64,000 nucleotides of DNA, from contig CAZHSY010000005.1 in the NCBI GenBank assembly GCA_964535385.1, forward strand, positions 263-64,262, in the 5' to 3' direction. The first letter of the stretch is position 1; every line of letters starts with the position of its first letter. Below are positions 20,477 to 29,855 of the stretch, in pieces. Both the position numbers and the translations under genes were made by a program. The stretch comes from an uncultured Candidatus Saccharibacteria bacterium (GTDB taxonomy: Bacteria; Patescibacteriota; Saccharimonadia; CAILAD01; GCA-016700035). The notes under the pieces were generated by a model. It was not told the DNA's origin and searched no databases. It worked only from the letters and a program-made list of their open reading frames with translations.

Positions 20477-21607
20477 CTATTTCTTAGTCGCAGGATTAGC
20501 AGGAGTGGGTGGTGTCGCTGATATGACAGGCGAAACTTGAGTGGTCGTTCCAGGATTTGTAGGAGTAGTGGTCGTGGTAGAGGGTGGAGGAGTAGTTGGT
20601 GTCGGAGTGACTGAGGGGTCACCAACCGTCGCGTCGCGAGTAATTAGATTAAGAAGGATCTCTTTTTTATACTCTCCAGTGATATATATCTGTAAGCCTT
20701 TAGTTACATCCTTAATCGTGACATACTGGCAAACTCGGAAGTCCTTGAACCCGCTCGTACCAGCTGGTGTCTGTATGTAGTTTACATCTCGAGCACCGAC
20801 ACCATTACCATCGAAACCGATACTCAACGCGCTACTGCTTGAAGCCTCTATGCAATAATTTGCTGTACCAACTACAGGCTTAACCTGAACATATAAATAC
20901 TCTCCACCAGGTGAGGTTGCCGTACCGCCACTGGGGACACTCTTACTTACAATGTAGGGACTCCAGGATGACTGAAGAGTCCCGTACTTGAGAGCTGCAT
21001 TGGCCTGACTTGGATCAATTGTAATAGCGCTTGGCCGCCACGCAAAATCTCCAGACGTACCAGCCGAGTTAGCGATAAACCGCACTGCGCCTATTGAGGC
21101 CGAGCCGCCAGTAACTGATAGCTCAAATTCACGATTAGGATATGTATTGTCTGCGCCTACCTGCACACAACTTGATGTTGTAGAGGCGGCTTTTACTCTA
21201 TTCGTTCCATTGACGCTAAAAACAGATAGTGTCACTACCGCTTCACCGCCACCGTAGAGTATCGTTGCCGGCATCGCACAGTATGTACCCGCACCTAGAT
21301 TCTGATGGGCTATGCGAAAGCTTCCCTCCTGCGCGTACCAAGTGGTAGCCGGCGTTGAGCCAGGCAGTGTCGCGCGCACCCCACCATAGCCATCCGTTAC
21401 ATTAAATGACTGAAAACTATCGGCATACCATACCTTTGTGCCAACTGCGACAGTAGCTGCCTTACTCAACTGGTAATACAAGAAGCCAAGAGCCACAACG
21501 ATCACACCTGCGACCAGAGTAAGCGTTTTCCAGTTAAAAGAGGTCTTTTTTAAGGCTGTTTTTGTAGCGACACGAGACTTAGCTACTGTTTTGTTGACGA
21601 CGGCCAT
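20477..21607 (-). CDS. Secreted/membrane-anchored beta-rich protein with C-terminal Pro/Thr-rich tail; carries the shared N-terminal anchor module
   Basis: 376 aa. N-terminus KKTSFNWKTLTLVAGVIVVALGFLYYQLSKA. C-terminus TPTPTTPPPSTTTTTPTNPGTTTQ. Two internal Cys-containing repeats. Confidence 0.6.
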   Translation of the reverse strand: MAVVNKTVAKSRVATKTALKKTSFNWKTLTLVAGVIVVALGFLYYQLSKAATVAVGTKVWYADSFQSFNVTDGYGGVRATLPGSTPATTWYAQEGSFRIAHQNLGAGTYCAMPATILYGGGEAVVTLSVFSVNGTNRVKAASTTSSCVQVGADNTYPNREFELSVTGGSASIGAVRFIANSAGTSGDFAWRPSAITIDPSQANAALKYGTLQSSWSPYIVSKSVPSGGTATSPGGEYLYVQVKPVVGTANYCIEASSSSALSIGFDGNGVGARDVNYIQTPAGTSGFKDFRVCQYVTIKDVTKGLQIYITGEYKKEILLNLITRDATVGDPSVTPTPTTPPPSTTTTTPTNPGTTTQVSPVISATPPTPANPATKK

Positions 21608-21674
21608 GGTTTTTCCTTTTTTATTTTCTACTAGTAATACTTATGCTTAAAGATAGCTGAAGAGAGATGATATG

Positions 21675-23147
21675 TCAAAGTTTTTTATGCTGTTTTCGCG
21701 CCATGATGAAAGACCTTATCACATACCAGATAGCTAGCATGCCCGATATCGGCACTATCCAATCACCCACGTATTCGTAAACGGTTTTCTTACTATTGGC
21801 CCGCACCTCGGCCGCCACCACCGCCCCTTGACCAGACCACGCAAAAGCTTGGGTTTTGCCATCCTTATCTAGGATATATGCCGGTCCGCCCTTAGCTGAC
21901 TGCACGAAAGGCTTAGCGTGAGCCACGGCTGCCAGTCGGTTCATTTGTAAGGCTTCATGATGAAAAAGTGGTGAGATACCCATGGTGTCTAGTGCTGCCG
22001 AATTCGTAAAAATCTCGGCGCCTTGCTGAGCTAGTTGGTTATAGAAGTCTGGTGAAAGCACCCCCGAGCAAGCGTGCGCACCGTAGCTCACCCCCTCATA
22101 CTCAAAAGGTCTTTCTAGCGCTTCACCGCGACTTACACTCTTCTGCTGATTAAAATGTAACAGCAACTGACCATGTCCGGCATATGCTAATACGACCTGG
22201 TAAATGTATGGCACGTATTCCCCAGCCGGCACAACAAACCACTTCTGCTGCTGGTTCAGCGTGTCCCCGGTCGCAGTTTGGAAGGTTAGTAAATTATGAC
22301 TTTGAGCGGCAGTACTGTCGCGCCGACTATGAATTATTAAGCCCTCATCACGCTTCATGAGCGATGTCAGCACAGCTGCATCAGCTTCTCGATCGCTCGC
22401 CGTATCAAAATAATGCGAATACTCCGGTAGCACCAAGGTATCCAAGCGACTCTTGGGGCCGGCGCTCAGGACCGGATAACTCTCACTAGAACGCAGATAG
22501 GTTGCGTCCTGTCGAGCATATTCCACCGCGCCAATCGTTAGGCTTTGACCATGGTCGGCACGATACAAAAACCAGCCCGCAAAGGTCAGCCCAAGCACTA
22601 GGGTTATAATAAGCACTAGAGGTCGTACTTGTTGAAGTCGCCACCACTGATAGGCAGCTACCGCCAAGGCCATAATGACAAAACTCAACAGATACACTCC
22701 ACCGAAACGAGACAGGTATGATACTGGTGTCTCGGCCAGGTAGTAGCCCAGATGACCAAACGTCCAATATGGCCCCACTCTGCCGTCCGGCCCCAGGCTA
22801 ATGATGGAGAATAGGATCGCCCGTAGATACTCAGAAACAACCCAGAGGGCCGGTATCAGCCAGAGAGCTTGCCGGTCAGTCCACTTCACGCCCGAGCGTC
22901 GCTGAAGCCAAACAAAGACCATAAAGCCCAGTGCCAAACCGCTTACAGTTACCAGTGCGACCGAGAAAGCTACGATTTTTATCAAAAAGCCGTCTGCTAT
23001 CTCCGAGGTCTTGATGGTCGCCATCCAGGAAACCACGAGGGAGAAATAGATGATACCAATGGCATACGAGCTCACGTACGGATGCCGCCATGACCAATTA
23101 CGTAAGCGCTTTATAACCAATGCAGGACTTTTGTTTGGCTTTGACAT
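21675..23147 (-). CDS. Polytopic membrane protein with C-terminal CN-hydrolase-like domain (apolipoprotein N-acyltransferase/Lnt-like, divergent)
   Basis: 490 aa. At least 6 N-terminal TM helices and the Lnt-like WLIPALWVVSEYLR motif. Soluble domain with conserved Cys (GAHACSG). A terminal TM helix as in Lnt. Confidence 0.45.
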   Translation of the reverse strand: MSKPNKSPALVIKRLRNWSWRHPYVSSYAIGIIYFSLVVSWMATIKTSEIADGFLIKIVAFSVALVTVSGLALGFMVFVWLQRRSGVKWTDRQALWLIPALWVVSEYLRAILFSIISLGPDGRVGPYWTFGHLGYYLAETPVSYLSRFGGVYLLSFVIMALAVAAYQWWRLQQVRPLVLIITLVLGLTFAGWFLYRADHGQSLTIGAVEYARQDATYLRSSESYPVLSAGPKSRLDTLVLPEYSHYFDTASDREADAAVLTSLMKRDEGLIIHSRRDSTAAQSHNLLTFQTATGDTLNQQQKWFVVPAGEYVPYIYQVVLAYAGHGQLLLHFNQQKSVSRGEALERPFEYEGVSYGAHACSGVLSPDFYNQLAQQGAEIFTNSAALDTMGISPLFHHEALQMNRLAAVAHAKPFVQSAKGGPAYILDKDGKTQAFAWSGQGAVVAAEVRANSKKTVYEYVGDWIVPISGMLAIWYVIRSFIMARKQHKKL

Positions 23148-23214
23148 ATCCCAACTACCATACCAAAACTACCTCGGCTGACCGAGGTAGTTTTTTAATA
23201 GTTTAGATACCCCC

Positions 23215-24216
23215 TTACGACTTCCTGGCCGCGTTCGGACTGGCGAGGGCATTCCAGGTATTTGTGCCGACCACGCCGTCTTTAGGCAGACCACTCTTGG
23301 ACTGGAAGACCTTAACTGCACTGGTAGTTTTCTCGCCATAGATGCCGTCTACAGTACCAGGATCATAGCCGAGATCTTTGAGGCGCTGCTGGATGAAGGT
23401 TACGCAGGCGTTTTGATTACCTTGGCCGTTGACCATGGTGGCGCAATTAAGCGGCGTCGGCGTAGCGGGAGCTGGAGCTTTGGCGGCCGGGTTGGCGGCG
23501 GGAGGCGGCGTGGTGGCTGGAGCGGGATTCGAGGTTGGCGTGGTGGCAGCGCGAGTTTTGGCGGCGGAGTCCGAGACTGGAGTGGGCGCAGCACCGACAA
23601 CTCTTATCCCAGTAATATAGTCACCAGTGCTAATACCCACTTCTAACTTAACCGGCTCATTTGGGCCACACATTTTCTTGATATGACCCGCCGGCACGGG
23701 CAGAGATAGCGTGAAGGGAGCTTTAACCACACCTGTGGTGACTTGTTCGACCGACAGATCATTACTTGCGCATCTCGCCGTTATGGATGCGTTACCTCTT
23801 GCCACAAAGCCATCATTATCCGAATCAAACAAAGTAACCTGATATGTTGTGTCAGCATCTGGATAGGCCAGCAATCCCCCGCTATTACCGAGCCCTACAT
23901 TAGGATAGGTATTCACGCTGCCAAACCCCGGGCCGTAAATAACCTTCGTGCCATTAACCTTTGTACCCTGGCTAGCACCGTCCGTCTTTTTAATATCGTC
24001 AACGCTAATGGTACCGATGCCAGAAGCCCTGCTCAACCGTACATACAAAAATCCAAGAGCGAGCACCAGCACAACTGCTATTAGGCCGACTATCTTCCAA
24101 TTAAACTTTAGCTTTTTACTGAGGACACCACTCTTAGCGACATTGGTCTTGTTGGTTTTCATAGCCCTCGATGTAGCTTTTGATTTATTTTTTGCAGGCG
24201 CTGACTTAGTAACCAT
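23215..24216 (-). CDS. Membrane-anchored secreted protein with C-terminal peptidoglycan-binding domain (PG_binding_1)
   Basis: 333 aa. N-terminus KKLKFNWKIVGLIAVVLVLALGFLYVRLSRA, a Pro/Ala-rich linker, and C-terminal CVTFIQQRLKDLGYDPGTVDGIYGEKTTSAVKVFQSKSGLPKDGVVGTNTWNAL. Confidence 0.7.
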   Translation of the reverse strand: MVTKSAPAKNKSKATSRAMKTNKTNVAKSGVLSKKLKFNWKIVGLIAVVLVLALGFLYVRLSRASGIGTISVDDIKKTDGASQGTKVNGTKVIYGPGFGSVNTYPNVGLGNSGGLLAYPDADTTYQVTLFDSDNDGFVARGNASITARCASNDLSVEQVTTGVVKAPFTLSLPVPAGHIKKMCGPNEPVKLEVGISTGDYITGIRVVGAAPTPVSDSAAKTRAATTPTSNPAPATTPPPAANPAAKAPAPATPTPLNCATMVNGQGNQNACVTFIQQRLKDLGYDPGTVDGIYGEKTTSAVKVFQSKSGLPKDGVVGTNTWNALASPNAARKS

Positions 24217-24323
24217 GAATGATTTTCCTCTTTTTGACAGGTTTTATAAATGCTTATGCTTATGCTTAAGAATAGCTGTGAGTCATAATAGCTGTCAACT
24301 ACCTGACTGCGACGGAGCCACGG

Positions 24324-25004
24324 CTAGAACTTGTACGCCGCGCCGCTTCCGCCGCCGCCGATAATCGTGCCGTAGCCCGATATAGATGCGTCGGTCTTAC
24401 TGTAGTTACGACGCACTACCTGATCGCTAACATTACCTTCGATAGTTGAGACCTGGGGCTCTTTATTGGCCGGAAAATCAACCTTCTCAACAATGCCGGT
24501 ATGACTCTCGTCATCACCGAAGACAATTACGTCACCGGGCGCAGGCGTGTAGCTTCCATTTCGACCACCCCATTGCCAGGTGCCTTGAGTGGAGAAATAG
24601 TCGCGTAGATTCGGCTTGCCAGCTACTTTTTTCCAGGCTAAAGTAATACGCCAGGAACTTCGGCCTGCCTCAGGTGTGGTATAGAAGGGGTAGCCTGCTG
24701 ACATATATACCCAGCTCACAAAGTCAGCACACCATCGCTCGCGATGTCCTTCGGTGTAAGCCAGGACTTGCGGACTATATTCTCGCTGCCCCACCTGTGA
24801 GCTGGCCACCTGTAGAACACGCAAGCGTTGGTAGCCATCATAGTTGGCTGCCCGAGACAACCGTACGTATAAGTAACCAAGTGCGGCAACCATAACCACC
24901 CCTATCATGGCTGCAATCTTCCAATTAAATCTTTGTTTTTTGTTCAGAGCAGTCTTCTTAGCAGTGTGGCCTCGGGTGGGTTTGGTAGATGACTTGGTGG
25001 GCAT
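24324..25004 (-). CDS. Membrane-anchored CHAP-domain peptidoglycan amidase/peptidase
   Basis: 226 aa. N-terminus KKQRFNWKIAAMIGVVMVAALGYLYVRLSRA. CHAP Cys motif WCADFVSWVY and His motif GDDESHTGIV. Confidence 0.75.
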   Translation of the reverse strand: MPTKSSTKPTRGHTAKKTALNKKQRFNWKIAAMIGVVMVAALGYLYVRLSRAANYDGYQRLRVLQVASSQVGQREYSPQVLAYTEGHRERWCADFVSWVYMSAGYPFYTTPEAGRSSWRITLAWKKVAGKPNLRDYFSTQGTWQWGGRNGSYTPAPGDVIVFGDDESHTGIVEKVDFPANKEPQVSTIEGNVSDQVVRRNYSKTDASISGYGTIIGGGGSGAAYKF

Positions 25005-25052
25005 AATGAGCTTCTTTTAATTTGTCATAAGCATAAGCGCAAAGAAGCCAAT

Positions 25053-25097
25053 CTGTCAAAAAAAGACTTACATAATCTGTAAGTCTTTTTTTGACAG
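25053..25097. terminator. Perfect 18-bp palindrome GTCAAAAAAAGACTTACA-taatc-TGTAAGTCTTTTTTTGAC with flanking A/T runs; probable bidirectional terminator after grx
   Basis: Inverted repeat with U-tracts on both strands, lying between the grx 3' end and the CHAP gene start. Confidence 0.55.
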
Positions 25098-25106
25098 TAT
25101 GCGACC

Positions 25107-25355
25107 CTAGGTAGCCAGGGCAGCTTCAAGCTTCGGCTTATCAAAGCCCACGATAACAGTCCCCTTGATGTCGGTCACGGGCACGCCCATCTGGCCGGAC
25201 TTATCGATCATTTCTTGAGCCTTAGCCGAGTCAGCCAGGACATTAATCTCCTCGTAAGCTACCCCTTTCTCATCGAGCATAGCCTTCACATTCTTGCAAA
25301 AGACACAGGTTGGGGTGCTGTAAATAATCACCTTATCTTGGACTTGATCACTCAT
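25107..25355 (-). CDS. Glutaredoxin-like protein (NrdH/Grx family, CxxC)
   Basis: 82 aa. IIYSTPTCVFCKNVKAMLDEKGVAYEEINV is a thioredoxin-fold CVFC active site. Confidence 0.8.
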   Translation of the reverse strand: MSDQVQDKVIIYSTPTCVFCKNVKAMLDEKGVAYEEINVLADSAKAQEMIDKSGQMGVPVTDIKGTVIVGFDKPKLEAALAT

Positions 25356-25424
25356 GAATTTCCTCCTAATTTAATACATAACAGTTAACATGTTTACTAA
25401 AATTTTACCACACATGTATGGCCA

Positions 25425-25600
25425 AATCCAGGCCGTGGCTAGTCACGGCCTGGCCTGCGCACAAAAACACTACCCGCCCCATCCTCCTAGTACCCGGTCG
25501 CCCTGAGTGATGCTGGCAAGTACTTCTTCTCTTAGGGTGTATTAAGGTGTATACGCAATTACGCCGCCTGAGCACCGCAGAGAAAAACTACTAGCCAGCG
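25425..25600. repeat. Dispersed intergenic repeat, copy C (core in plus orientation)
   Basis: ggccgtggctagtcacggcctggcctgcgcacaaaaac...tagtacccggtcgccctgagtgatgctggcaagtacttcttctcttagg...ccgcagagaaaaac. About 170 nt, collinear with copy D. Confidence 0.6.
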
Positions 25601-25620
25601 CGCTCTAGACTGGGCGGCTT

Positions 25621-26652
25621 TCAGGAGTCAGTGTTGACCTTAAGCCAAGTGGAGACTTCCATAGCCGCCTTAGCCCCCTCGCCGGCCGCCACGATAATCT
25701 GCTTGTGCGGCACATCGGTCACATCGCCAGCCGCAAAAACGCCTTCAACCGACGTCATATTGTGTTTATCAATAATAATTTCATGATTGTCGTTGAGTTT
25801 CACAAAGCCTTCTGCGAAGTCATCAGCCGGTATAGAGCCAGCTTCAATCATCACACCTTGTACCGCCAGCTCCTTCTCCTTGCCCGTCGACTTCTCCTGC
25901 ACGGTGATGGCCTGCACGACGCTGTCTCCGGTGATCCGCAATGTCTGGGCATCATTGATTATGCGAATATTGGCTGCTGCCCGAGCCTTGTCGACCATCA
26001 CTTCATCGGCCGTCAATTCAGCCGTAAGATTAATAATATATACCTGCGTAGCAATCTTCTCGACTACAAAAGCAGCGTCAAGGGCCGAGTTGCCACCACC
26101 GATGATAGCCACGGCTTTATCTTTAAATAATGGACCGTCACACCACGCACAGTACGTTACACCCTTATGTAGGAATTCTGTCTCACCCGGAATACCAAGC
26201 TGCCTAGGCTGTTTTCCGCTAGATATAATTACCGCCCGAGCAGCCTGACTACTGCCGTCTGCTAGTACCAGGCGAAATCCTTGCTTACCAAGGGAAACAA
26301 TTTCGCGCACACCATCCTTAGTGAGTTTAAGAGTAATATCTTCCCGGAAAGCTTGGAGATGATCCTGAAAATGCCGGGTCAGCTCAGCTCCAGTCAGCAG
26401 AGTATAGCCAAGGTAGTTTTCGACATCGCTCGACCAAGCCGTCTGACCACCAATGTCCTTGGTAATCAGCAGCGTCTTCAGCTTCTTGCGAGCTAAATAT
26501 ATACAGGCTGCCATGCCAGCCGGTCCGCTGCCGATGACGGCGACATCATGCTGTGACGGTCGATCAGCCGGATTAGCCACAGCCAAAACAGCCGCCTGAC
26601 TACGCTGAGTCGGCGCAGTCGTCAAAATAGATGAGGACGTAGTGGCTTCCAT
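25621..26652 (-). CDS. trxB: Thioredoxin-disulfide reductase
   Basis: FAD motif VAVIGSGPAGMAACIY, redox-active CAWCDG, NADPH motif IIGGGNSALDAAF. Confidence 0.9.
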   Translation of the reverse strand: MEATTSSSILTTAPTQRSQAAVLAVANPADRPSQHDVAVIGSGPAGMAACIYLARKKLKTLLITKDIGGQTAWSSDVENYLGYTLLTGAELTRHFQDHLQAFREDITLKLTKDGVREIVSLGKQGFRLVLADGSSQAARAVIISSGKQPRQLGIPGETEFLHKGVTYCAWCDGPLFKDKAVAIIGGGNSALDAAFVVEKIATQVYIINLTAELTADEVMVDKARAAANIRIINDAQTLRITGDSVVQAITVQEKSTGKEKELAVQGVMIEAGSIPADDFAEGFVKLNDNHEIIIDKHNMTSVEGVFAAGDVTDVPHKQIIVAAGEGAKAAMEVSTWLKVNTDS

Positions 26653-26782
26653 AGCTCAAAGACTAACCATAATCATAAGCAGTATACAACGCTGACGCCG
26701 GTCAGTGGTAGTGGGCATTTCCGCGGCTCAACTTGGCCTAGCCTAAAAATATTGTCCGAAGGGCTCGGTCCTCCATGATTAT

Positions 26783-27805
26783 CTATGCTGGCTTATACTC
26801 TTTCGGCTCGTAGTCCTTTGGCGCCTGGCGCAGGTAGGCCTCAAGCTCGTGTCGTTTGAGGAGGCCAGCTTGAGCGCCGACCTTCTGCACAACACTCATG
26901 GAGTTGATCGGCCCCCACTTCATAGCCTCTTTCAGGTCACCAGTCACAATCAAGCCAGCAATCAAGGTCGAGGCATAAGAGTCGCCAGCGCCCGTGCGCT
27001 CATACGGTGGTGCTGGATCTGGATAATTACGCATACTGTAAACAGTCGTACCATTCGAAGCATAGCTTCCATGCGGTCCATCGGTGATCACCACAATCTT
27101 CGGGCCATGTCCATGAATGACTTCAGCCAACTTGCGAATATCACGTTCCCCTGGCTGCTTGGTCATCATCTGAGCTTCTTCGACATTTACACCAAAAATC
27201 TCAGTCTGCTTATATAGATAGGCCAGTTTCTCGAAGCCCATACGCATCTGGAAGGTGCCTGGCTGGAAGGCTAGCTTGACTTCGGGATGCCTGGTTAAAT
27301 ACTCACTAATTTCTTTATGCAAATGCTCACCGCTTTCGGCAAACGAGCTCAAATAAATCCAACGTGGCGTGTCCTCCTCGGGAATCCGTGGCCACTTATA
27401 CTCGTAGTTCTCGTGCTTAATCAAAATCGTCCGGTCATCCTTATACCAAAGCACGTAGTGATAGTTACTAACCTTGCCATGATTGACGTGCACATACTGA
27501 GTTTGCACACCATTCTTCTTCAGCGCCGCCAACATATCGCGGCCGATCTGGTCAGCGCCAATATTTGCATAAATCGAAGCTTTGAGACCAAGGCGAGCAA
27601 TCGATACCGCCGCATTCGCACTATTGCCTACCCCTTCGATAACCTGAGCTTCTTCAAAAGGAATCTTGGTGCCATAGGGCATACACAACAAGGGGTGCTT
27701 ATCGGCCGCTTTCGAAGGATCGAGCTCAGCCTCCGTCTGCAGAAGTTTTATAAACGCGTCGGTGACGATATCTCCGACAGCAAGTACATCTATACGGTTG
27801 GCCAT
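26783..27805 (-). CDS. PfkB-family carbohydrate kinase (ribokinase/fructokinase-like)
   Basis: 340 aa. N-terminal LAVGDIVTDAF and C-terminal TGAGDSYASTLIAGL (the GAGD anion hole). Confidence 0.8.
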   Translation of the reverse strand: MANRIDVLAVGDIVTDAFIKLLQTEAELDPSKAADKHPLLCMPYGTKIPFEEAQVIEGVGNSANAAVSIARLGLKASIYANIGADQIGRDMLAALKKNGVQTQYVHVNHGKVSNYHYVLWYKDDRTILIKHENYEYKWPRIPEEDTPRWIYLSSFAESGEHLHKEISEYLTRHPEVKLAFQPGTFQMRMGFEKLAYLYKQTEIFGVNVEEAQMMTKQPGERDIRKLAEVIHGHGPKIVVITDGPHGSYASNGTTVYSMRNYPDPAPPYERTGAGDSYASTLIAGLIVTGDLKEAMKWGPINSMSVVQKVGAQAGLLKRHELEAYLRQAPKDYEPKEYKPA

Positions 27806-27905
27806 GAAAATCCTTTCATTACTTTAGTAACTAGGAGTTAGAAGCTTAGAATTAGCATTCTTGTAGTAACCGCTGACTTCTATCTTCCAATTCTTAACTT
27901 CTAAC

Positions 27906-28868
27906 TCACGATTCGAAAACGCTTACCTTTATTTCTAACACATCGACCTCAAGATTGCGAAGTATCCCAGCCTTAGCGCCGATGTAGCCGATGACCGATG
28001 TGGCGTTAGCGGCTGCAAAACTAAGGGCTTGCTCGAGACTCTTACCGGCCTGAATGGCGGCTACAAAGCCGGCCCCAAAAGCATCTCCAGCCCCAGTTCG
28101 ATCGATAACCTTAACATTTTTATACAGGCCGGCCCTATAGACATAACTGCCGTCTAGCAGCCAGCTACCCTGATCGGCATCGGTCACAATCAATGAATGC
28201 CAACCAGCCCGTCTAGCCAGACGGAAGAGATCATACATGTCAGATTCCTCAAATAACTCAACGGCTTCACTATGATTCAAAATCACGACATCTGCCTGGC
28301 GCAAGAGTCGTTTCAGGCGTACGGCTTTCTCGAGCTCCATCTGACCTGGGTTGACGGCTACTTTCACTCCCTGCAAGGAAGCCCACTTCAATAATCGCCC
28401 GAGGACTACTAAATCGCCCGCCAGCGAAGTAACGTACAACCAGTCAGCTGAGATGTCCTTAAAACTAAAATCATTACGCTTGTACTCATAACCAGCCCCA
28501 CGATGACTGAGGAGCGTATCTTCCCCTTGTGGGCCTTTTAGGATAACTGACTGACCAGTCTGATGGCCGCGCTCCTTAATAAGAAAGTTATGAATTTTCT
28601 CTTTGCCAAGTTCACGTTCGACTTCTCGACCAGCCCCATCGAGACCCACCTTAGCCATGCAGGCCGTCTTTCGCCCAGTTCGCGCAAAGGTCACAGCCGC
28701 ATTCGTACCCCCGCCGCCTGTACTGATCGCAATGTCCGGAATATCAACCTTGGTGGCGGCGGGAATCAGTAGATATTTCTGAGCATCTTGGGTCTCGGCG
28801 GCAAATTCGCGTGATAAGAGAAAAGTATCCTGCGTCGCCGCGCCGACTGTCACCACATCAAATTTCAT
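27906..28868 (-). CDS. PfkB-family carbohydrate kinase (second paralogue)
   Basis: 320 aa. DRTGAGDAFGAGFVAAI. N-terminal Gly-rich sugar-binding region. Confidence 0.8.
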   Translation of the reverse strand: MKFDVVTVGAATQDTFLLSREFAAETQDAQKYLLIPAATKVDIPDIAISTGGGGTNAAVTFARTGRKTACMAKVGLDGAGREVERELGKEKIHNFLIKERGHQTGQSVILKGPQGEDTLLSHRGAGYEYKRNDFSFKDISADWLYVTSLAGDLVVLGRLLKWASLQGVKVAVNPGQMELEKAVRLKRLLRQADVVILNHSEAVELFEESDMYDLFRLARRAGWHSLIVTDADQGSWLLDGSYVYRAGLYKNVKVIDRTGAGDAFGAGFVAAIQAGKSLEQALSFAAANATSVIGYIGAKAGILRNLEVDVLEIKVSVFES

Positions 28869-29855
28869 TTAAGCCTTGTCCGCTATAACATTCTTGGCTG
28901 CTTTTACAATATGTGGAGCGGTTAACTTGTATTGCTCCCAAAGCTCGCCGACCTTGCCTGACTGCCCAAAACAATCACGGATACCAATCCGTCGCAAATA
29001 GGATGGCTGCTTTTCAGAGAGCAGTTCTGCTATCACACTTCCCAAGCCACCGGCTATTTGAGCCTCCTCAATTGTGACTACGGCGTTGGTCTTACGCACG
29101 CTTTTCAAAATCGTTATTTCATCTAGTGGCTTTATGCTCGGGCTATTGATCAGTTCGGCGCTAATGCCAGTCCGGGCGAGCTCCTCACACGCCTTGAGCG
29201 CCTCATAAGCTAACGGCCCGGCTACAACAAGCGTCACGTCCGAACCCTCTCGCCAAATTTGAGCTTTACCAATTTCAAACGGTGAGTCGGTCGTCGTGAC
29301 AACCGGCGACTTCTCACGAACCAATCGTAAGTAAACCGGCTGCTTAGTTTTAGCAATTGCCAGCGTAGCCTTGCGCGCCTCGTGCATATCACAGGGCACA
29401 ATAACGGTCATATTTGGCAAGACACGCATTAAAGCAATATCTTCAAGCATCTGATGGGTGGCTCCGTCAGGTCCGACTGATAAACCAGCGTGTGAACCTA
29501 CCACCTTCACTGGCTGTTCGTTGAGACAGGCTGTCGTACGAATCTGCTCCCAATTTCTTCCTGGCGAGAAAGCTGCGTAGGAGCTCGTAAAAGGAATTTT
29601 ACCTTCAGCGGCCATCCCGGCGGCCACAGTTACCAAGTTTTGTTCGGCCACACCTACCTCCACAAAGCGCTCAGGATATTTCTTCGCAAAAGCTTCGATC
29701 ATAGTCGATTCAGTTAAATCAGCGCATAGGGCAACCACTCGCGCGTCGGTATCGCCAGCGAGTACTAATCCTTCGCTGAAACCTTTACGGATGAGCTCTT
29801 GATCAATTGAGTCGAGGAAAAGCTGGCGAGAAAGATGATGAGCGTATTTATTCAT
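28869..29855 (-). CDS. tktB: Transketolase, C-terminal section (pyrimidine-binding + C-terminal domain)
   Basis: 328 aa, matching the split-transketolase subunit B. Immediately follows the N-terminal-subunit gene with an 8-nt overlap. Confidence 0.9.
   Translation of the reverse strand: MNKYAHHLSRQLFLDSIDQELIRKGFSEGLVLAGDTDARVVALCADLTESTMIEAFAKKYPERFVEVGVAEQNLVTVAAGMAAEGKIPFTSSYAAFSPGRNWEQIRTTACLNEQPVKVVGSHAGLSVGPDGATHQMLEDIALMRVLPNMTVIVPCDMHEARKATLAIAKTKQPVYLRLVREKSPVVTTTDSPFEIGKAQIWREGSDVTLVVAGPLAYEALKACEELARTGISAELINSPSIKPLDEITILKSVRKTNAVVTIEEAQIAGGLGSVIAELLSEKQPSYLRRIGIRDCFGQSGKVGELWEQYKLTAPHIVKAAKNVIADKA

Noticed and set aside
23400-23646. Pro/Arg-rich ORFs within the linker region of the PG-binding protein gene
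   Set aside because: Alternative frames of the Pro/Ala-rich linker. No independent support.
25705-26496. ORFs antisense to trxB
   Set aside because: They lie within a confidently identified trxB. Frame shadows.
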